Positions 1 to 10,420 of a DNA stretch of 64,000 bases are shown here, one piece after another. Position numbers and translations under genes: made by a program. Below the pieces are notes generated by a model. That model was not told the DNA's origin, did not search any database, and saw only the letters and a list, made by a program, of their open reading frames with translations. This DNA is from Zygnema circumcarinatum SAG 698-1b. Taxonomy: Eukaryota > Plantae > Zygnematophyceae. Where the stretch lies: NCBI GenBank assembly GCA_037447605.1, contig CM074814.1, positions 1,674,001 to 1,738,000 on the forward strand. The letters are read 5' to 3'. The number at the start of each line of letters is the position of its first letter. Position 1 is the first letter of the stretch.

Positions 1-2569
1 GCTATTCTTCAGTGAGAGATTGCAAGCTTGTTCTAATTGCGTAGGAGATTAGTAAGGGATGTTTCAAGGCACAATTGCCGCTCACACTGCTGTAGACCGT
101 CCTTAGAGCTTGCAACTGCCGAGGAGCAATGATTGATAGTGACACAGCACACTGCAGCCACAGGATGAACTCCCATCCATCGCAGACCTTATTAGACAGA
201 AGTTCTCTCGCCTCATATATCTTGTTATCCCTTCTGCCAACTCTCACAAAGCCACTCGCCCGCTCCTTAGCTATGCTAGTGAGTGCATCTCTCTAAACAG
301 TTTCGAAATCAGACAGCAACACTAGCTTGATGCTTTAACTTACTAAAAGTCTGAAAGAGAGACGCTACTAGCTACTGAGTCTTATTCATCGCCCCTGACA
401 TGTGGACAAGGTGATCCAAGCATCTGGTAGATATAATTCACCCTCAACAGAATCTTTCCTCCCTTGATAAGTGAATTATAAAAAGAATTCCACGTTTTGC
501 TCTACGAGTGTGCCGCATACCTGGGAGTACGCCTGTGCGACAAGTGCTGCATCAGCAAGCCAGTATCCTTGCTGCTCTGTTTCTCCCATGGGTGCAGCAG
601 GTTGAGTGCTGATGGGTGGGCACGGCACAGGTTTAGGTATTCTTTGAGGGGGAGAGGCCGCCACAAGGACAACATGCTTCTGACGCTCAGAGACGTGCGG
701 GAGAGGAGGGGTCACTGTGGGAGCAGGGCAGCACATCTGCACATCGAGCAGACCAGCAATCATTGTCGCTTGCTCGATATTCTAAAGGGAGAAGGACTGC
801 TGGTCGGAGGGTCTGTTTGAGGCTTACGGGTACTACAGAACGCGCCTCTTATATTCTGCAGTAGTGAACAAAGTGACGAACTTGCTGGCAAAGAAGAATC
901 GGAAAGTAGCTCACGAGCCTGACCTTGAGTATTGGACGTTATCAAAGACATGCAACAGCTATGGTGACAGATAAGAAGGCTTCTCTCAATAAGGAGATTG
1001 AAAGGAAGTATGATAGCATAACTTTCACGATTCTGTATCGTGTGGCATACAGGTGGTTCATAGCCTACAGCGTAGGTAGTTTAGTGCCAACGATCTGTAA
1101 TCTACAACAGATGTTGCTCATTCCGGAGCAGAAAGTCCAACAACAATGTACCCGAACATGAAGTATTGTAGCTTGTATTGGCGCAGCAATTATACCTTTA
1201 TAAAGGCAATTCAACGAAGTGTCCCAACACCCTCACTTGACAAGAAAAATGATTGGTACAACTGTGGAATGAAGACATAAGTAAGGAAAGATTCATGTGC
1301 AGCGAGCCATTCCTTTCTATATTCATTTTTTACAAGCTCCGATTCTTCCTTTCTCTGTCCTTTCTCTGGGGCCGCCATGACGAGAAGCATAAGGTGTACA
1401 GCATGGAAAAGATACGCACCATTAGAGCCTCTGCCAGAGCTTCCGCAATAGCAGTCTCTCCACAACCCCCTCCAGAAAACTCGATGTTGCTCAACCATTG
1501 CATGAAGAGATCTTTATCATTCGTCCATGAACTTTGCAGCAACGAACTGTCTGTCCCCAATGCCGCGTAGAAGGGCGGTTCACTTCTGTTGTATCACTGA
1601 CCTAGACTACAATAACAGGCGCACTGCTGTATGCACAACTATGCAGTTTAGACGCACAGTCGGCTTGCGCTTCCACTGTTGCTGGCTTCAAGCCTGACTA
1701 TATACTGTTTTCTCCGATTCTCTGTGCCAAAAGGGCAGGACTCAAATTCTCCTCATTCGGATTTCTTTCAGGCTCATGTGCAGGTGTCGTTCAAAGGCGT
1801 TCAGCCACTTACCCGAATATGGGCCTGGGCTGTTGAAAACAATGAGAGCCATCTCCGCAGAAGATGTGATCAACTTCTGGAAAAGGAGGAGTGCAAAACA
1901 CATGCGGAGATAGCCTTACTCTTTGCACAAGATTTCTTCGGACAGTAGCCATAGCAATAGTTGAAAGTCAGACTGCTACATGTAAACAGGCACTTAATAA
2001 CTTCTGTTTGAAAGAGCCAAAGAATAGGCACGCCATGTGATCGAGTCATGCACATTGTGAAATTATTTAAAAGTAGCTATGTCTGCGGTATCACATGGGG
2101 ACCCGCATGAAACGATGTAAATAGAAAAATTGACAATTGGTGGCTGTAAGGGCAACGAGAATTGTAAATAGAAACAGGAGGCTGAAACGTGACTGATACC
2201 TGCCCATTGTTGTCAATGCCGCAGAAAGCCCTGCATGCTCCCTCCCATCCTCAAACGCGCAGTCGCATATCAGCTCCGACTTTTTCAAGAGATATTTCAT
2301 AATGATTTCTTACAATATCAACTTTATTGTAACAACAGCAACAATTGTCTACTAACCAATTTACATCAGCCAATCACCACTGCAAGCTACTAGAAGGTTT
2401 CAAACTCCAAATGGCAATTGCAGAATGAGGAGCTTTAGAGACTTCAGGATAGCAGCGAAGATGCTGACCGCACAATCTTGTCGAGGTATTCTTTGCGGAG
2501 AATTGGCCAGTAAGGGCCCAGCCCTGACGTCCCTTCCACTAACACCACCAGCTGCCGCGCTGCTGCCAT
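1..2569 (-). CDS. MED25: Mediator subunit 25 (PFT1-like), N-terminal VWA domain; multi-exon, 3' part runs off the window
   Basis: Exons read on the minus strand: 2569-2469 MAAARQLVVLVEGTSGLGPYWPILRKEYLDKIVR; ~2238-2202 AFCGIDNNGQ; ~1877-1812 AEMALIVFNSPGPYS; ~1540-1420 QSSWTNDKDLFMQWLSNIEFSGGGCGETAIAEALAEALM; ~680-520 KHVVLVAASPPQRIP...LADAALVAQAYSQ; ~150-80 CAVSLSIIAPRQLQALRTVY. These are colinear with the plant MED25 VWA domain as I recall it. Confidence 0.92.
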
Positions 2570-2875
2570 GGCTCACGCACATGCGCTGCTCAAGGCAGGC
2601 TTCTTCAAACCCTCACTTTCGATGTCGCCACATGAAAGCGCGCCAGGCAGGAGGATACAACAGAGCGAGGGAAGCGGGTTACAGCAGACTTCAGGCCAAT
2701 CAGCCTTCGTCAAATTTGAGAGACCTTCCAAAAGATGATACAGTATCTGGTATTGCAGCTCCTTGCAGCGTGATGATACGTCCGACACCTGTGAAACGAA
2801 GGCCTGCTTTCGAAGCAAAGACCTAAAAGTTGATGCCGCGCGAGCAAACTCTTAAAGCAGACTGCGGGTAAGGTC

Positions 2876-4622
2876 ATGGTGGACAGTTGTCCCATCCCTG
2901 GCAGCAAGCCTGCGGCGCCATGGCCAGACTGCGGCTGGCCGGGGTATCCGCACCACGCACTTCCCAGCCGGTCGCCATTTCTACAGCCGGAACGCCCACC
3001 TTGTCTTCCTCAGTTTCCGCCATGGATGCCATATTGCCAATGCCAGCAGCATCCTCCTTCCGCTCCTAATGGTTCCCAACACTCAAACTACTCAACATGC
3101 TGCTGTATCCCCCACTGTCCGCCTTCTCCTTCCTTAAATTTTGCTTGTCCTTTGACTCTGCATCCTGTGCATTCACCCTACCTTCCGCAAGGTTTATGGA
3201 GACATGATACAATCCCGCCATACCCGCCAGGATGCTATGCTGCACATCCCATACATCACGCACTAGGCTGTCTCCCTCCTCCGCCGCCCTATCCATGTTG
3301 CTGGGAATCCCGCCCGGCCTACTGTTGCAGGGAATGGTCTATTGCCTCTCCTTACGTTGGTCCTTTGACGCCATGGTTCCAAGAAAAGCAAGGTGTCTAC
3401 GCAGTTCCTTCAGGAACGTGGAAGCCATACGAGGCCTCTGAAATTGAAAGGTAATGCACATACCTTTTTTTTTTTTTTAGTTGTTTCTTTATGACACCAT
3501 TTTAACGGTGAAAGGGTAATTGCATATGGGCTTCCTTGTCTTGTACTCAGTTTTATAGAATGCGGACCGCAAAAAAGTGTGTCCTAATTGCCGCTCGTCT
3601 CTTTTCTGGAGTTGCTTCTATTTCGCGTGTAAGGACACTGCAAGTAGCTTCAAGAATGCTAAGCAGTTGCATACCTCGGTGTGGTGATCAACCTAAATGC
3701 TGCCATTTGCACTGTTTTGCTAGTTTTGTCTGCAATACTTGTGACTACACTTGAGAATGGGAGGCCTTCTTGACCATCGCAACTCTCAGAACACGGACAA
3801 AACGTCACTTCCTTCCGTCGCTTTTCTATTCCTGCTTTCTCCTTTTTTTGAGTTTGCTTTCTCAGCAATCTGTGATGGGATCGAAAGCAGTACGAGGTGA
3901 AAATGTTTCCTCTGAATTGACAGCTAGAAGTCTCGCACACTCGGTGCATCATTGCCGTTCGTTTGTCGACACATGCTTTTGACACCATCAACAATTCATT
4001 CTCTATGCTTCGTGGCAAGTCGATACCAATTTGCCGAGGGTCTTCTTCCTGCAGATGGTTCAGAACCTCAGTGGACGTTTTGTATTTAAAGTCCTCAATT
4101 GATAATGGTCTAGGGAGGCTTCCGTTCTGCGAAATGTGTTGTCTACATTATTGCAGGCCTTCTGGAGGAGAGGCTTCACAGGTTCCAATTGAAGATCCGG
4201 TGGAGAGAGGAGTTGAGCTAGAGCAACAAGACGATCAGAAATGTGTAGATGTAACAGAAGGGGTCGGTGAAGAGGATGTGCCAGATGAGGATGAGGAAGA
4301 GGAAGACGAAGGAGAGCTCGTGTTGACGGATGAGTGGATCGAGTTTTTTGCGCGTTCAGAAGCCAAGCGGCAAGAAAGTGAGTGGCATACATTCTCTTTT
4401 GAAGCTTCTCCACTGCAGTCGAGGCAGAGTGTCATATTTGAGACAGGTTTCTTGCAGAGGCTTCTGAATTATTGGTTGCATGTGGTTGCAATTCCCTCGT
4501 TTAGTCTTTTCCTTGTCAACTGAACACATGCTGGCTGCAAGTTGTGTGCAGGGAAGAAGCAGCGAAGGCGGGAAGCGAAGTTAGCCAGAAGGGCTGTTCG
4601 TCAGACATCTTCACTGGAATGA
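2876..4622 (+). CDS. Uncharacterised protein: Pro/Cys/His-rich N-terminus, acidic tract, motif LVLTDEWIEFFARSEAKRQE, basic tail
   Basis: ORF 2876-3450 ends at AG|gtaatg. Exon 4157-4378 follows a ttgcag acceptor and ends A|gtgagt. The last exon after gtgcag reads RKKQRRREAKLARRAVRQTSSLE* and ends at 4622. Splice phases are consistent. Confidence 0.6.
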
Positions 4623-4951
4623 AACATGAACCAGGCTAATCTTGTCATGTTTGTAGCTAAGTAGATTTCAATTTCTGCCTATGCAGAAATGTGGAGTCCC
4701 TTTGTTCGACGACTCCATGACCACAATAAAATCACCATGTTTGGCAATGCATGACGTTTTCTTTGCACTTCCACGTAAGCATATCGGCCTTCCAGTTCTT
4801 GGTTTTCACATATGACTGATTGTCAAACCCTTGGCAGTGAATACAAAGGATTTATTCGAAGGATGAAAACAGAAGGGGTATAGTACAGGTAAATTCAGCA
4901 TCCTGCTGTTGGACACTCCACTTCACAATCCTACCTGTTTTGACATCCTCT

Positions 4952-7461
4952 TCAAGGGAGAGCCTTGTTCTCATTGATCGCTTTTGCTACTTCTGAAGAT
5001 GCTGTATTGTCTGCATACCGCTTGTAAGTGGGCCGCAGCTTTTCCTTATCTTGAGTGGTTGCTTTCACACTTGGAACATCAACTACAGCTGCCGCCCACT
5101 GGTTGAATCTGAGATACTCGGAAGTGTCAGGCATCGTGAACCCGCGGTAGAACGCAAGAATGTCATGTCTTATAATCCATGGCACCAGAGTGATGTCCTG
5201 CATTTCAAAAAACGTATGTGTGAGAAACACGAATTGAGCAACTATATAGACTCTTGGGAGCAGTTTTTGAAATTTTGAGAAGCGAGCAAGCAGCAAACAG
5301 GCAATAAAGAAAGGGTAGTGATATTTCCACCCCTTTTTTGGATCCAAACACCCCTTCCCGGCCGGGTAGATTTCAAAAGGGATTAAAAACAGAAAATGCT
5401 TTTTTCACACCTTTTTGGAATCGATACCCACCTTCTTCCGTCGGCTGATTTTATTTGCTAACCAAGGAAAATGATACCCCGTCACCGCATTTTGGAATAC
5501 TGTATCCCGCCTCCCTGAAATTTTTTTTTGAGGGAAAGAAATATCTGCCTGCCCGAATCCGCTCGGAGCGGAAGATCCGTCCCCCACGAGATCGTACGCG
5601 GGTGTCCGTCCTTCACACGTGTGTGTCAATCGCATCTGTCAATTTCCCTCGCAGATCGCACCACTGCAGATCACCGTTCGATCTGCAGCCGGGCTCGATC
5701 TTAGCGAATGGAAAGCGCCCACGAGTCCCGTCAAAGCCAAACCGCACGTGCGAGTGCGCGCGTCCCTCGGCCCGAGATCTCGTCATTGTTACCTCCCAGC
5801 CAATCAACATCTTCCACGTGTTACATTTTGACGTGGAAAATTTTGATTGGTTTAAGATCTTAATGTACGAAATTTTGGGTTCCTCAAGTTGCGACCGTAC
5901 GACATTTGTACGGACATACTTTTGAGAGGACTTTGGCGGGATACGTGGGCCCGTGCCATGCGCTGTGACCGAGCCCGGCTGCAGATCAAATAGTGATCTG
6001 CCGTGTGGCGATCTGCGAGGGAATCGACGGCGGCGATTGACCGCACGCGTGAAAAAAATCAGGTAGGCGGGATATTCAAATTGGGTGACGGGTTATCATT
6101 TTCCTTGTTTCGCAGAAATAAAATCTGCCGATGGAGGGTGGTATCGATTCCAAAAAGGTGTGAAAAAAGCATTTTCCGTTTTTAATCCTTTTTGAAACCT
6201 GCCCGGCCGGGAAGGGGTGTTTGGATCCAAAAAAGGGGTGGAAATATCACTACCCTAAAGAAATACTATGATGAACTGCCAGTCCGTTGTACACTCACAA
6301 TTTCTATGTCTTAGTTTGAACTGACTCCTACACAACTGAGCTCACCACCATGGAAAAGGTCGGCCCCATAAAGAATGGCCCCTGGCTGCTCAGTTTGGCC
6401 ATAGCCTCTGAGGGAGTTCGATAGGCCTCCAGCAAGTCTTTGCGAGCCTCCTCTTGCCCCTCCTTGTCCTGTCTCTGGAGATACCTGGCAATACCGAAGC
6501 AGCCAATACAACTGAATTTCAAGCATACTCAATTCCTTACATTCTGAATGTGCAGATCTGTAGCTAATGATTTGTCAGTTAGATGAAGCGTTTGCCAAAT
6601 AAATGTACAAATGCGGTTTGCTTCGTGAATGGGCTGCACATACTCTTCTTTGAATCAGAGGGACGAAAAAATGGAACGAGTCGGCCCTACAAATGCTCTT
6701 CACACATCGACGTTTGAAATTGAAAGGCGTGAATGGATGTTGGACACATTTTCTATTTGACCGAATTGACATCTTCACCTCTGGTCGACAATGCATGAGA
6801 AGAGTTGATGACTGCACAAGATAAAGCAGTAGTTCATGTAAAATCCTCCAGAAGGTTTTCTGAAGTGAGAATTTCTGAGCCTATCGTACCGACCCTCTCC
6901 CCTGGCCGGCTGAATCAAACAACATGTAGGGGAGTGTTTTAAGAGGAGTCACGAAACTCCAAGGGTGCATATTGACACACCTGTAAAAGGTAGGCACCAC
7001 CTTCCTGTTGACGAAGTCGCACCAAATTCGAGCAACCGCTCGATCATAGGGACCTCTGGGAAGCAGATGGCGGGCTCCATCGCCATTGGTGAAGGCTTCG
7101 TCAATGTACTCCAAGAGCACCATGGACTCATAAACGGCCTTTCCGTCATGGTCCATGCAGGGCACCAGGCCGCGCGGATTCACTGCCATGAGCTCCGGCG
7201 GTTTGGCATACGGATCAACCTCAATGTACTGCACACAGTCAGCAAACTCAATCAGAGAGCGTTTTCTCGTGATCGAGCACCCGTCTCGTTCTGACTTATA
7301 TCTTAGTCGAAACAATTTCAGGAAAGTAAATCAATCACCTGGTATTCAATCCCCTTTTCCTCTGCAGCAATCCATGCTCTCTGAGCGAACGGGCAGAACC
7401 ACGCAGAAAACAGCTTCACGCCGCTCTTGGAGACGTCTACTCCATTCCTACATGTCGCCAT
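4952..7461 (-). CDS. Cysteinyl glutathione S-transferase (CPFA active site; omega-like), 4 exons
   Basis: Exon 1 7461-7339 MATCRNGVDVSKSGVKLFSAWFCPFAQRAWIAAEEKGIEYQ. Exon 2 7228-6981 YIEVDPYAKPPELMAVNPRGLVP...VYESMVLLEYIDE. Exon 3 6484-~6345 YLQRQDKEGQEEARKDLLEAY...PFFMGPTFSMV. Exon 4 ~5196-4952 DITLVPWIIR...YKRYADNTASSEVAKAINENKALP*. Confidence 0.9.
5313..6255. mobile_element. Non-autonomous TIR DNA transposon (Mutator-like), 943 bp, inside GST intron 3
   Basis: About 200 bp of imperfect terminal inverted repeats starting GGGTAGTGATATTTCCACCCC. Exact 8-bp flanking duplication TAAAGAAA at 5305-5312 and 6256-6263. No transposase ORF. Confidence 0.9.
5800..5850. promoter_or_regulatory. Inverted ERSE-type dyad (CCAAT-N9-CCACG / CGTGG-N9-ATTGG) inside the transposon
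   Basis: ccaat caacatctt ccacg (5800-5818); cgtgg aaaattttg attgg (5832-5850). The sequence is seen directly; function is inferred. Confidence 0.55.
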
Positions 7462-7815
7462 GGCTGCTGCTTCTCTTCAGCCCGACCACGTCTCCTGCAG
7501 CAGACGCCCTTGCAACGCGAGTCTCTCCTCTCCGGGGCCGCAAGAGAGGCTCCTCGGGAGGACTGAGAGGGCGCACGCCATGCTCGCAGGCGGGGAGGTC
7601 CGCCATGGCACGCGGCAGCTCTGCTTCGCGAACACATGGCGGGGGGCGCACGGCTTTGGGCTTGCCATGTGGCAAACCACAGCTAAGCGTTTGGTCATGG
7701 CATGCACCTGCATGGGTGCTGAGGGCCATTTAGGATTTGTAGGGGCTTAAGGTTTTTAGGGCGGGCGGCGAGTTGGGTATAGATAGGCAGGAGTGAGGAG
7801 GGGAAGGGGAAGTAC

Positions 7816-8158
7816 CATTGATCTCACGATGGCGGGGCCATCAAATGTACATGGACAAAATCAGCATGGGGAACCACGAGGAACTGGTCGCAAACAAGGA
7901 GTAAGTGGCTGGCGTTTGGGCAGCTTGGGTCGCTTGTTGTGCAAGGGACGCGCGTGGGGCCGGCGGTTTGTATGGAGGTTGCAGCCACACAAATCGTTCA
8001 CGGGACCTTCGCGACTGCTTCTAGGGAGGCCTGCGTTGTTGAGCTTCGGCTTCTCAGTTTTTTATTTTGTGCTTAGGTCCTTTGCGGCCAGTTCTTCGTG
8101 GTTCCCCATGCTGATTTTGTCATGTACATTTGATGGCCTCGCCATCGTGAGATCAATG
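7816..8158. mobile_element. MITE-like element, 343 bp, with ~78 bp TIRs
   Basis: The left end cattgatctcacgatggcggggccatcaaatgtacatggacaaaatcagcatggggaaccacg is the reverse complement of the right end with few mismatches. No TSD is visible. A homologous partial copy lies at 50465-52753. Confidence 0.75.
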
Positions 8159-8395
8159 AAGCAGCTCTTGCTCTTTGTTCAGGAGACCGCGTGTCATCTT
8201 GACGCGAATTAGGGTTGAGGGCGATGAAGGCGAGCAACACGACACTCATGTCAGGGTCGAGCCGTCATCGATTTCGATCCACTGCGGGCGGTCCTAGGTT
8301 AACCCGGCTTTGAGGTTTGGGAGCGCTCCGTTGATCCCGGTTCGTCTGTCCTACGTGGCGCCAGGCCGGGCGGGGCCAGTCTACCATTCCACCCG

Positions 8396-8537
8396 CCTCC
8401 CTCCCTTCCTCCCTTCCTCCCTTCCTCCCTTCCTCCCTTCCTTCCTCCCTCCCTCCCTCCTGGAGGCGGGCGTTCCTCTGCTCGGGGAGGACCGAGGCCA
8501 CAGGACCGGACCGGACCGGACCGGACCGGACCGGACC
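8396..8537. repeat. Microsatellites: (cctt/ccct)n, then (ggacc)7 at 8503-8537
   Basis: Read directly from the sequence. Confidence 0.9.
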
Positions 8538-8638
8538 CGCGCTCTTCGAACAAGAAGGGAGGAGAGGCGGAAACAAAAATGCTCCCAAGGAGTCGAGTCA
8601 AAAAAAGAAGTCGAACTCAAGTCGACTCGGAGGAATGG

Positions 8639-8805
8639 CCGCGTGCATGGCCCCATGCCCCATGCCACGGCCGCGTGCATGGCTCCATGCCCCATGCCCC
8701 ATGCCATGGCCGCGTGCATGACCCCATGCCCCATGCCACGACCGCGTGCATGACCCCATGCCCCATGCCACGACCGCGTGCATGGCCCCATGCCCCATGA
8801 CATGG
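8639..8805. repeat. Minisatellite, five ~32-bp units (ccgcgtgcatgRccccatgccccatgccaYgR)
   Basis: Units start at about 8639, 8671 (39 bp, with an extra ccccatg), 8710, 8742 and 8774. Confidence 0.9.
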
Positions 8806-10387
8806 CCGCCCCCCGATCTGGCGGCGATTCATGGCCACTAAATCGGGCGGCCGGCCCTGCGCCACGCCGCTCTCCGCCCGGCCGCCCGCCCGCCCGCGTC
8901 CCGCCGCGGCACGGCACGGCACGCGCCTGCCAGCCAGCCAGGCGCGGCTCGGCCGACCCGCCGGCCGCGCCGCCCCCAGAGGACCAGGGAGGGAGGGGCC
9001 CGCCACTTGCCGGAATGGCGGGCGGGCGGGCGGGCGGGCGGGTCCGGCCACGTGGCGCGCCCTCGCGCGTCCCTGCGTGTCCCGGCGCATCCCGCCGCCG
9101 CTGTTGTCGGCGCTCGTCCAACCTTCCGCTTTGAAGGACGCGTCTGTCCGTACTATTCGTACCGTACCCATTTAAGATTTTTACCGTACAGTAAGTACGG
9201 GCTGCGCAAAGGAAGCCTAACCGTGTCGCGACACGCCCGCATGGCGCCAGAATCCGCATTTAGATCTCCTCGAATCTCGCACCGTCCGTATGGCCGCGCA
9301 CGGGCTCGCTGTCGGCGCCGCCGGCCTCTGATTGGCTCCGCCATTTGCTGACGCGCGGAACCCGGCACCGGCCAGCCCCTGCCGGCCGGTCAGGCGGGCC
9401 CGTTCGTACATGGAGGCACGCGGCCCACGCAGAGTCATATCCGCCCGCGCCTCCGACAAAACGGCCGCCCGGATATTTGCCACGCTTTAAAAGCGCACGA
9501 CCACGCCCGCCCGGCGGATCCGCACGTGTGACGTCGGCGGATTGGCGTCGCCTGGGGACGGCGCGATGCCGCGTACCGGTGAGGACGGCCACGTGGCAGG
9601 CCGGCTAGCGCGAAATGGGTTCGTCCGGGCGCCTTCAAGCGAGGGCAGGGTCGCGCCACGTGGCAGGCGGCCAGGGCGGGCCGGGGGGGGGGGGCGCTGC
9701 CCAGAGACCGCGGCAGGCCCCCGTTCACACGACGACGCTCGGCAGCACGGAACGGCAGGCACGTTGAACGGTGACGAACTTCGGTTCTATGTTCCAGGCG
9801 CCTTAACTGATGCGGCCGTACCGTTCCATGCACCCAGGCGGCACGCCAGTTGGCAGGGGAGTCATGGCGGCCGGGGGGAGGGAGGGTGGCAGGACGGGGG
9901 AGGGGGGAGGGGGGAGAGGGAGATGGAGAGGGAGAGGGAGAGAGGGAGAGAGGGAGAGGGAGATGGGGAGGAAAGGTGAGGGTGGAGGGAGGGAGGGTAG
10001 TGGAGGCCGAGCAGGCAGCACCAAGGCGGCTGTGATGGGACAGAAGATGGGAAAGGAGGGCGCGCTGCAGAGGATGGATCTGGAAGGAGGAGGGAGGTGC
10101 AGATAGGAGCAGGAAGGCGAAAGGGTGTTGGAATGGAGAGGGTAGGGAGTGACAACAGGAATAGGCAGGCGAGGGCGGAAGAGTACAGGTGAGCTTGATG
10201 CCTTGGCAATTGCAGGGGAAGGGCCGCAATGTAGCTGAAATATGCACTAGCAGTGGTCGAACTCTAGGGCTTGGCAGAAGGGTGCTGATCCGGTCCTCTG
10301 CAGGCTAGCTCCGGCGCAGATTAGGGCAGAGCCTATGCAATTGGGAGAGGATTAGCCAAGGGCTGCTACGGAGAGGGTGATTGTGTG

Positions 10388-10418
<31 letters not shown>

Positions 10419-10420
10419 TT

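Noticed and set aside
5197-5347. N-terminal part of ORF 4952-5347 as coding
   Set aside because: It runs through intron and transposon TIR. The true exon starts at the cag|GAC acceptor near 5196.
8265-10247. Many long overlapping ORFs (for example 8381-9259 and 9435-10247)
   Set aside because: They arise from stop-poor GC-rich and microsatellite DNA, are open in most frames, and contain no protein motifs.
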